Positions 9,950 through 21,192 of a stretch of 64,000 bases of DNA are shown one piece after another; position 1 is the stretch's first letter; the number at the start of each line of letters is the position of its first letter. The notes beneath the pieces were generated by a model, which was given only the letters and a program-made list of their open reading frames with translations, had not been told where the DNA came from and did not search any database. The DNA comes from Flavobacteriales bacterium UBA3364 (GTDB taxonomy: Bacteria; Bacteroidota; Bacteroidia; Flavobacteriales_F; PHOS-HE28): assembly GCA_002360495.1 (NCBI GenBank), contig DEQO01000196.1, forward strand, positions 5,638 through 69,637, in the 5' to 3' direction. Position numbers and translations under genes: made by a program.

Positions 9950-9980
9950 GGGGGTGGTGGATGATGGGCCGACGGAGTAG
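9950..9980. repeat. 31-nt direct repeat, copy B
   Basis: GGGGGTGGTGGATGATGGGCCGACGGAGTAG; 29 of 31 identical to 5423-5453, same orientation. Confidence 0.75.
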
Positions 9981-10132
9981 GGAGTAAGACGAGGGTGACC
10001 GAATCGGAGACCTTGTGTTGGTGAAGGTTGCTACCACCAACTACACGCTCCCGCCTGCACTGAACCACAGGACTGGGATAGTGGCTGAGCATTTCGCTGT
10101 TTCTTCTGATATTCGGGCAACGGACCACCACC

Positions 10133-10624
10133 ATGGAAGAGAAGAGTTCCTCGTTCGGCAGGAAGCTGGGCATCACGGCCACGATCGTTTCACTGGCCGG
10201 TGGCACGATCGCCTTGTGGAACCAGCTCAAGCCGGAGGATGAGTTGCCGGACCTGAGCGGGCGCTGGACGGTCACCAATACGGTGACGAGCTCCGATGGA
10301 GGCAAGTTCGACGGCGAGGTCTATGTCTACAGCATCGGTGTGAGCGAGGCGGCCGATCACCGCCTGACCGGGACCGGGGAGCAGACACACTACCAGCCAG
10401 CAGGCCAGGACATGCGCGCTGCACCGAGCCGCTTCCCCGTGACCCTGACCGATGGTAAGCAGAAACCAACGTCCGTCATTGCCAACTTTACCATCAAAGG
10501 CAATCGCGAATTCACCGGTACCATGAGGCTCGTCCGGGATGAAAGCGATGCGACCCACCTGACGGGCACCTTCGAATACACAGCTGGGGGCACTCAGGGC
10601 ACCACGGAGGTCCGCCTCAAGTGA
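10133..10624 (+). CDS. hypothetical membrane-anchored protein
   Basis: ATG start. N-terminal TM helix LGITATIVSLAGGTIALW followed by a ~120-aa Thr/Gly-rich domain. Convergent with the giant helicase gene. Confidence 0.5.
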   Translation: MEEKSSSFGRKLGITATIVSLAGGTIALWNQLKPEDELPDLSGRWTVTNTVTSSDGGKFDGEVYVYSIGVSEAADHRLTGTGEQTHYQPAGQDMRAAPSRFPVTLTDGKQKPTSVIANFTIKGNREFTGTMRLVRDESDATHLTGTFEYTAGGTQGTTEVRLK

Positions 10625-10756
10625 TCACACACCCGTAAAGAACCGCTTCATTTCTTACACGAACTGCACGATGAGAGCTGGTGCATATCGAGGTCCCTGC
10701 CGATGATGTGGTTGTTGGACGGAGGTTAAAGCCTGGACTAGTGGCTTGCGTCAGGC

Positions 10757-13700
10757 TCAATCCTGCCCTCTCTGGAACATGACCCTCGGCAACACAACCT
10801 CAATATGCCTCTTCTTCTCTTCCTCGTACCACTCCACCAGGTAGCCCACTGAACCACCGTTCACCCGATAGCCGCGCTCCGCTAAGCGCTCGATCACTTC
10901 GGTCTTGAACTTGCGGGAGAAGAGCACCACGGGACCATCGTTCGTTCCCAAGCCAGGCGCTGGGCCGTTCGCAAAGTCGATGCTGCAAGGCACAAGTCCA
11001 TCGCCCGTAAGCAAGCGCTGGATGCGACCTTGGTTGTAACCGCTTGACCCTAGGTTCACGTCCTTCATACCTGCCACGTAGACCAGCTGCTCCGGCCACG
11101 GATGAAGCATACCGTCGTGGTTGCGCTCGAGTTGTGGGCTGTTGAAGTCCGTAGCGAACGGTTGCAAGGCATGCACGACCAAACGCTCCTTCGCCCTAGT
11201 GCAGGCCACATAGAGCAAGCGCTTGTCCTCCGCTCGTTCCATGGGCTGATCATCGAGCAGCACGAAGACGTTGTCGAATTCGCGCCCTTTTGCCTTGTGC
11301 ATCGTGCTTACCATCACGGTCCGCTCCTCGCCGCGCACGGCATCGCTGATGCGGATCTCCCGCAAGAACGCCGCCCATTCACCGGTATCGTATCGCTGTT
11401 GATAGCGTTCATCGAACAGCGCGAACAGGTCGCGCAGGTCGGCGAGCAGCGGCATTTCGCCCATCTCGCTCAGGAACTGCTCCCGCACCTTCAGCCACAA
11501 CTCCTTGGGCACAACACCCGCTTGCGGGAACTCGGCCCGAAGCAGCTGCATGAACCGGCGCAGTTCGCGTAGTCTTCCGGTCTCGAAGCCATCAGAACCT
11601 CCCACATACCGGGCCTTTACGCCGCGTTCCATCAGCATGGATGCGGCCATCAGCGCTTCACTGTTGGTGCGCGTGAGCAAAGCGGTCGTGCCCGGATAGG
11701 AGCGACCGATCAGGTCTTCCACAAGCCCTGATGTATGGAAGCCGCCCGTGTAGGTGATCACCCGTTGGAGACCCACATTGTCTTCATGGGCCGCCATGTG
11801 CTCCCCCGCTTTGATGCGGCCAGGAATGCCCTCTACTAGATGGTTGGTCAGATCGACCAGAGTGGCCTTGCTACGGTAGTTCGTGAGCAGGCTGTGGCTG
11901 GTTGCATTGAAGGTGCCTCGGAAGGCGGCCATGAACTCCGGCGATGCACCGCGCCACGCATAAATGTTCTGGTCATCGTCGCCCACGGCGATGATGCGAG
12001 GGGATTCGGCCACCTTGCCAATGGCCAGGATCAAGCGCCACTGGTCCGCATCCACATCCTGGAACTCGTCCAACATGATCACGCTCTTGTTCGCGATCAT
12101 CGAAAGGTCCGTCTCCTGCTTCTCGATCGCATCGATGGCACGGCCGATGACCGTTTCGGACTTCTCCAGGTCGCCCAGCTGGCCAGTGAGCTCGAAGCAC
12201 AGGCTGTGGAATGTGGTGACCTTGATGAGCCCGCGATACTCGGGCACCAGCGTATGGATGCGACTGCGCAACTCAAGGGCGGCGGCGCGCGAATAGGTCA
12301 GCATCAGGAACTGCTCGGGCTTCACATCCTCCAGTAGCAGCAGGTTGGCCGCCTTGTGGACCAGCACACGCGTCTTTCCGCTTCCCGGACCGGCGGCGAC
12401 CAGGATATGCTGCGACTTGTCCTGCACCACGGCCTGCTGTGAGGTGTCCAGGTCACCCACCAGCTGCCGGAAGCGCTCAGCACTGATCGACCGCGTGATC
12501 TCCGTACGCCGTTGGGGGAAATACCTGCGGATGAAGGCCTCGTGGTCCAGCTTGAAGTAGTCGTCAACGTAGCTCAGGGCCGCCTCCACGCTTTCGCTGC
12601 GCTTGCGGGCATACTCGCCCACCATGTGTATCTGTTCCGTGCGGTTGCGGTAGTGCAGGTCCAGGTGGGCATAGTCGTCCCGGGTAAAACGTTTTCGGTT
12701 ATCCTCCTCCAGTCGGTCCACGTTCAGGCGCTGGTAGATCACCATGAAGCCATCCTCCAGGTTGATGACCTTGCCCTCGTGCAGGTAGAGCAGCGCTTTC
12801 TCCACCGCGCGCAGGTCCTGCTCCTGAGCGAAAAGCCCTTCCCTCAACTTGTCGCGCAGGCCGACCATGGAAAAGGGCACGGGCATTTCTTCCTTGCGCT
12901 CCTGCTGGCTTTGCTGGGCGGTGGTGGCCAGGTCCTGCAAATGGTCCAGGCACGCGATGGCGAGCGTGTGGCGCTCCTCCATCTCGCGGCGCATGTCATC
13001 TGGATCGGAGCGTGGGGTGATCCGGTAAGTCTGCTCCGTCCTGGCCACGCGCGCGGTGCGGATGAAGCCCCGCCGCTTCCAATAGTTGAGAAGCCCGTGT
13101 ACATCGGCGGGTTGACTGTCGACACCCGCGTCAATGGCAGCCTGGTTGAGGGCCCGCAAGCTGGTTGTAAAGGGTCCCGTGCCAAGCTGGGTGAGCAGCA
13201 CCTTCTCAAGACTCATCAGAGACTTCAACCGTGCGATCGACCCCACCCTTGGCCGTAGGTCAACGAAGGCGGTGAGGTCCTCATGGTCGTCCAGCACCTT
13301 CAACTCTCGCAGTAGTTGCACCGTGCGCATCACCTGGCGCAGCTCCATACCGAGTTGCTCCGCCATTTCGTCCAACTTGGTCTCATCGTGCTTGATGATG
13401 CGCTGCAGCACCCGTGCACAATCTTCCTTCTGCTTGGCCGTGAGTACAGCACTGCCATGCACCAACCGCAAGGCGCTTTCCAGGTCTTTCGTCAGCAGGC
13501 TGGTGGCGAACACCTGCGGACTGTTCAGCGTGCGCTTCAAGTAGCCCCGTTCCTCCAGAGCGGCAAGCGAGGCGGTCACCTTGTTCTGCAGGTCCTTGAT
13601 CTCCCGGTCCCAGCCGGCTGCCGTGGCCAGTTCCAACGCCGACTTGCTCACCCGGTCGCGGAAGCGCGTCATGCGCTTGATGGCACGCCAGATCTGATCG

Positions 13701-15625
13701 ATCTCCTGTTGGTTCAGTTTACTCTGCCGGAGCAACTGGAAATGGCCGTCCAGGTCATCCGGGTGGTAGAGCACCAGGCAGCGGGCTTGTATGTCCTTCT
13801 TGCGACCCGCCCTGCCCGCTTCCTGCACATAGTTTTCCAATGAGGCGGAGATGTTGTAGTGGATCACTGTGCGCACATCCTCCTTGTCCACGCCCATGCC
13901 GAAGGCATTGGTGGCCACCATCACCTCGGCCTCGCCCCGCATGAAAGCCTCTTGGTTCAACTGCTTCACCTCCCGTTTCAGCTTGCCGTGATAGCCGCGC
14001 ACCGCAAGGCCCGCCGTTGCGAGCAGCTTCACCAGTTCATCCACACGCTTGGTACGCGACACGTAGACGATGGCCGGCAATTCACATTCGCGCAGCGTTT
14101 GCAGGAGTTTCCGTTGGCGCGTCTCGGGCTTGGTATCGGCGAGCGGGATCACCTCGTAGGCTAGGTTCTCGCGCCGGGCATGGCTGATGAAGGGCTGCAG
14201 CTCCAACCCGAGCTCCTTGCGGAAGTAGTCGCGGATGTCCGCGATCACCTGCGGCTTGGCCGTGGCCGTGAAGCAGGATACTGGGATGGGGCTGCTCAGG
14301 CCCTTGGCCTCCATCAGCTCGCGGATGAAGCGTGCTATGTAGAGGTAGTCCACCCGGAAGTCGTGGCCCCAAGCGGAGAAGCAGTGTGCCTCATCCACCA
14401 CGAAGCGGGCGATGTGCCGGGTGCGCAGCAGACGGAACAGCGTGGGTGAACGCAACGACTCCGGCGCAACATAGAGCAGATGCGCACCACCCTGCTCGAT
14501 GCGCTCCAGCACATTGCGGCGCTCCAAGGGTGACAGCAAACTGCTGAGCTGCACGGCCTGCACGTTGCCGAAGCGGTCCTCCAGCACCTCCACCTGGTCC
14601 TTCATCAGCGACACTAGTGGCGATACCACCACGGTGAGCGCACGAGTCAGCTCGCCCTGCATCAGCGCTGGCAGCTGGAAGGTGAGCGACTTGCCTCCAC
14701 CTGTGGGGAAGATGGTCAACAATGAACCGCCGGCCAAGGCATGCCGTACGCTCCGCTCCTGGATGCCCATGCCCTCCTCCCCATCGAAGCGGCGAAAGGC
14801 CGGGTAGCCGTAGATGCGCTCCAAGCCTTTGAGCGGATCCAGCTTCGCGGCGCAATACGTACAGGCGGGGTCCGTGCAAGGGTTGAAGCGCAAGGCATCG
14901 AGGATGTCCACGCTGCTGGGTAGTTCCATCACCACCCAAGGCGGCAGAACCGATGCCTCATCAACCGTTGCTATCAATGCCAACGCATGCGCCAGTTCCA
15001 CCGGGTGCGTGTTGGCCATAGCATCCAGGTTGGCATGGCGGCAGTACTTGTCCTGAAGGGCGCCTAGTACCAACGCGGATGCATCCGACGTCGATGCGCC
15101 TGTGGCTCCGGCGAGCTGAAGGAATCCGTCATAGCCTGAGCGGTCATGCAGCAACGCATGGTATAGCGCCTGCATCGCCCGCGGCAGGGCGTGCCAGCGG
15201 CCCAGCAGGTCCTCCAGCAGTTGTCCGCAGAGCTTGGCATCGCTCAGCGGGTTGTTGTCGCCATCCTCGCTGTGCAGCTTGTAGCCCTTCACCAGCTTGT
15301 GGTAGGGCCGGTCGGCATAGAGCAGGGCCGACCAACACAGGGTATCGGCCAGCTTCTTGCCCGTCAGGGCCGCATCGCCCATCCGCTTGCGCAGGAAAGG
15401 CGCATCGTGCCGCACGATGTTGTGCCCCACCAACACACGGGCCTCCCGCAGCCAGGGCTCCAGCTTGTCCAGCTTGCGCTCATGCAGTTCACCCCGGCCA
15501 TGGACCGCACCCACGGCGAGCAGGCGCTTGCCCACGCGGTCGGTCTCCAGGTCGATGATGAGCGGTTGTTCCACGGCTGAAATATCGCCTTGTCCACAAA
15601 ACGGAACGGGAACATACGGAACCAA
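10757..15625 (-). CDS. three-module fusion: DEDD-type 3'-5' exonuclease + RecQ-family helicase + UvrD/PcrA-family helicase (1622 aa)
   Basis: Exonuclease: PLIIDLETD, VLVGHNIVRHDAPFL. RecQ: FPTGGGKSLTFQLPAL, FVVDEAHCFSAWGHDFR, FTATA, VATNAFGMGVDKEDVRTVIHYN, QEAGRAGR. UvrD: ILVAAGPGSGKTRVL, IMLDEFQDVD, AVGDDDQNIYAWRGA, LTNYRS, VSTMHKAKGREFD, LLYVACTRAKERL. The ORF-track start is a TTG at 15625, so the true start is uncertain. Confidence 0.85.
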   Translation of the reverse strand: MVPYVPVPFCGQGDISAVEQPLIIDLETDRVGKRLLAVGAVHGRGELHERKLDKLEPWLREARVLVGHNIVRHDAPFLRKRMGDAALTGKKLADTLCWSALLYADRPYHKLVKGYKLHSEDGDNNPLSDAKLCGQLLEDLLGRWHALPRAMQALYHALLHDRSGYDGFLQLAGATGASTSDASALVLGALQDKYCRHANLDAMANTHPVELAHALALIATVDEASVLPPWVVMELPSSVDILDALRFNPCTDPACTYCAAKLDPLKGLERIYGYPAFRRFDGEEGMGIQERSVRHALAGGSLLTIFPTGGGKSLTFQLPALMQGELTRALTVVVSPLVSLMKDQVEVLEDRFGNVQAVQLSSLLSPLERRNVLERIEQGGAHLLYVAPESLRSPTLFRLLRTRHIARFVVDEAHCFSAWGHDFRVDYLYIARFIRELMEAKGLSSPIPVSCFTATAKPQVIADIRDYFRKELGLELQPFISHARRENLAYEVIPLADTKPETRQRKLLQTLRECELPAIVYVSRTKRVDELVKLLATAGLAVRGYHGKLKREVKQLNQEAFMRGEAEVMVATNAFGMGVDKEDVRTVIHYNISASLENYVQEAGRAGRKKDIQARCLVLYHPDDLDGHFQLLRQSKLNQQEIDQIWRAIKRMTRFRDRVSKSALELATAAGWDREIKDLQNKVTASLAALEERGYLKRTLNSPQVFATSLLTKDLESALRLVHGSAVLTAKQKEDCARVLQRIIKHDETKLDEMAEQLGMELRQVMRTVQLLRELKVLDDHEDLTAFVDLRPRVGSIARLKSLMSLEKVLLTQLGTGPFTTSLRALNQAAIDAGVDSQPADVHGLLNYWKRRGFIRTARVARTEQTYRITPRSDPDDMRREMEERHTLAIACLDHLQDLATTAQQSQQERKEEMPVPFSMVGLRDKLREGLFAQEQDLRAVEKALLYLHEGKVINLEDGFMVIYQRLNVDRLEEDNRKRFTRDDYAHLDLHYRNRTEQIHMVGEYARKRSESVEAALSYVDDYFKLDHEAFIRRYFPQRRTEITRSISAERFRQLVGDLDTSQQAVVQDKSQHILVAAGPGSGKTRVLVHKAANLLLLEDVKPEQFLMLTYSRAAALELRSRIHTLVPEYRGLIKVTTFHSLCFELTGQLGDLEKSETVIGRAIDAIEKQETDLSMIANKSVIMLDEFQDVDADQWRLILAIGKVAESPRIIAVGDDDQNIYAWRGASPEFMAAFRGTFNATSHSLLTNYRSKATLVDLTNHLVEGIPGRIKAGEHMAAHEDNVGLQRVITYTGGFHTSGLVEDLIGRSYPGTTALLTRTNSEALMAASMLMERGVKARYVGGSDGFETGRLRELRRFMQLLRAEFPQAGVVPKELWLKVREQFLSEMGEMPLLADLRDLFALFDERYQQRYDTGEWAAFLREIRISDAVRGEERTVMVSTMHKAKGREFDNVFVLLDDQPMERAEDKRLLYVACTRAKERLVVHALQPFATDFNSPQLERNHDGMLHPWPEQLVYVAGMKDVNLGSSGYNQGRIQRLLTGDGLVPCSIDFANGPAPGLGTNDGPVVLFSRKFKTEVIERLAERGYRVNGGSVGYLVEWYEEEKKRHIEVVLPRVMFQRGQD

Positions 15626-15694
15626 AGGGAAATCACCCTACACAAGCATCGTACCTGAACCGTACTGCTCGAAGATCAAGTGCAGGATATTCTA

Positions 15695-15835
15695 CATCAG
15701 CGTCTTGGTCTTGCCTACACCGGCAGCCGCCAATACCAGCAGGCGCTTCTCCTCGCTCAGCACGGCGGCGCGCTGCTCGGGATTGAGGCCGTGGAGGAAC
15801 AGGGATACGGGAGCCTTAGTAAGCTGGTCGCTAAC
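15695..15835 (-). pseudogene. relic of a UvrD-like helicase N-terminus (Walker A region)
   Basis: Directly after the GmrSD stop and in the same frame: VSDQLTKAPVSLFLHGLNPEQRAAVLSEEKRLLVLAAAGVGKTKTLM, then TAG. There is no start codon. The frame continues as NILHLIFEQYGSGTMLV, TAG, then runs into the giant helicase ORF. Confidence 0.6.
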
Positions 15836-17701
15836 CTACATGGGCCACAGCGATTTGGCCCGCTTCCATAGTTCTGTGCCACGTCTCAATATGCTGTCCT
15901 CATCCCAGGTTTCCGCATCATGAAGCTGCTGATTGATCGGAAGCAATGACTTGCGAAGGATCGCCTGTCGCTTTGCAAGCCAAGGTCCATTTGAGACAGA
16001 GGTGTTGAGCGACCCCGTGATGATCGTAAGATTCCCGAGCGAGTGCAATGCACTCTCCCTTGCTCTTGTTGCGGTTGCCCGCGCGTCACTGTCATCCGCA
16101 TCAGCGAGCTCGAATTCTGTCATACCTACTTGACCATCTGGCAATGGCCAGTGCTTCCTCCATTCTTGAGGTAAAAGGTGTTCTACGGTTGACGCTCCCT
16201 TGATCTCGATATCCTCTGATTGCTTACTCAGGTAGGTCTTGTTCAATCGTTCGAGCACTAGCGCCAGCTTGGGATTATTGAGCCGCTCGTAAACCGCGCC
16301 ATGAATGAATTCCTCTTTGAACACGGCGTCATTGGGCCACACCGTCGATTCCCCGGAGAGCCCAAGGAAGTACGCCTTCACGGCTTCTATTGTCGGCGCT
16401 TGCCCGTCAAGCTGGCGCACAAGGGTCAGGAAGATGCGGTTGTAGTTCTTGGTCGTATACCCACAGAACGCACGGCGCAGGATGTACGATTCCAGTATTG
16501 ACGCTACTTGCGGCATCAATTCGCGGCCCGCTTCCGACTGCATGAGGTGGAGCAAGAGCGGATAGACCGTACGTACCTCAAATGCCTCGAGAAACCTGAA
16601 CAACTCGTACAATTTATCCTCGGCATGTGGTGCTATGATGCGCCTGAAGTCATCACCTTGCCTATCCAATGCCATCAGCTCTTCGGCGACACTACCGTAA
16701 GGCTGCTTCTTCTCAATCCACCATTTGTACTCGGTGAATAGATGCTTGATCGGCACATCCGTTCCACGCTTGCTCGCCAGGAAGTGCTGGAGGAAGAGAT
16801 CGCTTCGCGGCCGGAACTGCCTGCCCTGTGAGACTTCTTCTCTCCAGAAGTCCTCATCGAACTTTCGCCAGTGCTGGTCATAGAGTTGCTCCATGGGCTC
16901 GCCCTTGCGCGCGGCTCGTAGGAAAATGAAATTTCTCAATAGGTCGGCAGGAAGCAATGGCTCACCGCGAGCATTGAGCGTCTCGAAGATCACCTGTGCA
17001 TCGTCCTCTTTGTCCAAGTCGATCACCACGACCTGAAGGGCGCTCTTCATGGCCTGGAAACACTCCTCCATTCGCGATGCAATGGGACTATCGGCTTGCA
17101 GCGGCGGTTCATCCTCATGGCCGATAAAGAAGTCATAAAGCCTATCGTCGAAGTAGATGTAGGCCTCAACCATACGAGGCCGGGGGTCTGGCTTTCGTTG
17201 GTATTTCCTGCGGACCAATGGATGGCGTTTGTCGAGTTCATCTCGAGACCCCGAACGCATGACGTCAGCGAATTGCTTGCGATCTAATTGGGTGGGCCAC
17301 ACCTTGTGCATGTCCACATCAGGATTCGCCATCATTCCCTTGTTCACCGTGTACGCCTCGCACTCCTTCGCTAATTCCTCGCAGCCCTGCTCCTTTGCGA
17401 AATCGCGGAATGCAGCAAGGAATATCTGTAGCGTGGTCAGTCGCTGCTGCCCGTCGATTGCCTGGCGCCGTTCCACATGCGTTGTCGGGGTCTGCTTCTG
17501 ATCGAAAACCATCGCGCCCAGAAAATGTACCGGCGTATCGCGTCGACCTTCAACATAGTCCTCGAACTTCCTGCTGATGTCCTCCCAAAGGGGCTCCCAG
17601 TGCTTCTCCTGGCTCCATACGTACTGCCTTTGGAATAGGGGTACTTCCAGTTGCATCTTTTTCTCGAAGATGCCGATGAGAGATACCGCGTTCGCATTCA
17701 T
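15836..17701 (-). CDS. GmrSD-family type IV (modification-dependent) restriction enzyme, DUF262 + DUF1524
   Basis: N-terminus: VPLFQRQYVWS, IDGQQRLTTL (DUF262/ParB-like). C-terminus: VEHLLPQEW ... HSLGNLTIITGSLNTSVSN (DUF1524 His-Me finger). Confidence 0.85.
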   Translation of the reverse strand: MNANAVSLIGIFEKKMQLEVPLFQRQYVWSQEKHWEPLWEDISRKFEDYVEGRRDTPVHFLGAMVFDQKQTPTTHVERRQAIDGQQRLTTLQIFLAAFRDFAKEQGCEELAKECEAYTVNKGMMANPDVDMHKVWPTQLDRKQFADVMRSGSRDELDKRHPLVRRKYQRKPDPRPRMVEAYIYFDDRLYDFFIGHEDEPPLQADSPIASRMEECFQAMKSALQVVVIDLDKEDDAQVIFETLNARGEPLLPADLLRNFIFLRAARKGEPMEQLYDQHWRKFDEDFWREEVSQGRQFRPRSDLFLQHFLASKRGTDVPIKHLFTEYKWWIEKKQPYGSVAEELMALDRQGDDFRRIIAPHAEDKLYELFRFLEAFEVRTVYPLLLHLMQSEAGRELMPQVASILESYILRRAFCGYTTKNYNRIFLTLVRQLDGQAPTIEAVKAYFLGLSGESTVWPNDAVFKEEFIHGAVYERLNNPKLALVLERLNKTYLSKQSEDIEIKGASTVEHLLPQEWRKHWPLPDGQVGMTEFELADADDSDARATATRARESALHSLGNLTIITGSLNTSVSNGPWLAKRQAILRKSLLPINQQLHDAETWDEDSILRRGTELWKRAKSLWPM

Positions 17702-18603
17702 GCTTGAGCCCGGTTAAGGTGATTAATGATTGCCTCCAATGCTCCCTTGCGACCGATGATCAACTTCTCAGCCTCACTGAACTGCCGGATGTTGTAATCG
17801 AGGACTTCAGCCTCCGCCTCACTTCCTTTCAACTCAAACCGGTAGATCCGATTGGGATCCGCACCAGGAACTCCAGGTACGAGTTCTACACGATACTCTT
17901 CGTTTAGTGGTAGCGACAATACGTCGGTGACATTGAACGGGGCAACGATCCCAGCATTTGGCGGATAGTGTATTCGCGTTGGATTATCCGACGAAATGAA
18001 TCCTGTCGTACCAACCACCCGCGTCACACTAATTGAGTCACCCATTCGTACTTGCTGAAGACGAAAACCCGTGGTGAACTGAGTGGTGAGGACTGCGTCG
18101 TTGTTCGTGTTCGCTTGGTACTCTGCCCAAAGCTGGTCCGCTGATTTCCCCTCGAGCTCATACTCTTTGCCATCCAGCACACCAATCTTAGGCTGTGACC
18201 CATCCAGCCGTCTTGCATTCGCCATAAAGTCGATCGATTGCCGCATGAGTGAATCAACGGCATTCACTATTCGGCGTGAGCGAAAGAGAAGTGAACAGAC
18301 GGTACCAACAACCAGCTCTCTGAGCCGATCATCGATGCTCTCTTGTCTATCATCAACGAGGTTCTTGTAAACTTCATCGTAATGGTCTTCCCAGAGGGTC
18401 TTGTATGTGGTGTCCAGCAGTTGTGCATCCTCGGGTGCAACACTGACCAATTTGTACCCATCGATTTCACTACAGAGCTTCTTCGTCGAGGTGTCGCTGA
18501 TGATGCGAGAGCCTTTCTTCACGTAGTGAACGGTCGTATCCGGGCGCACCAGACGCTTCATATACCCTTGCGGTACGAAGTGATGGTTCCTTGGAGTGCT
18601 CAT
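17698..18603 (-). CDS. DUF4238-like protein
   Basis: N-terminus MSTPRNHHFVPQGYMKRLV matches my memory of the DUF4238 signature H[HY][FY]VPQ.Y[LM]. Its stop overlaps the GmrSD ATG (ATGA at 17698-17701). Confidence 0.55.
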   Translation of the reverse strand: MSTPRNHHFVPQGYMKRLVRPDTTVHYVKKGSRIISDTSTKKLCSEIDGYKLVSVAPEDAQLLDTTYKTLWEDHYDEVYKNLVDDRQESIDDRLRELVVGTVCSLLFRSRRIVNAVDSLMRQSIDFMANARRLDGSQPKIGVLDGKEYELEGKSADQLWAEYQANTNNDAVLTTQFTTGFRLQQVRMGDSISVTRVVGTTGFISSDNPTRIHYPPNAGIVAPFNVTDVLSLPLNEEYRVELVPGVPGADPNRIYRFELKGSEAEAEVLDYNIRQFSEAEKLIIGRKGALEAIINHLNRAQA

Positions 18604-18648
18604 GCTCGTCCATCTAGAGGGTCATAGATCCCTAATCAAATGACCACT

Positions 18649-21184
<2,536 letters not shown>

Positions 21185-21192
<8 letters not shown>

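Noticed and set aside
15626-15838. Programmed read-through or TAG recoding joining GmrSD, the UvrD relic and the giant helicase into one polyprotein
   Set aside because: TAG is used as an ordinary stop elsewhere, for example at the end of the 3417-5297 gene. Three successive stops would have to be suppressed. Decay of a former coding segment is the simpler explanation.
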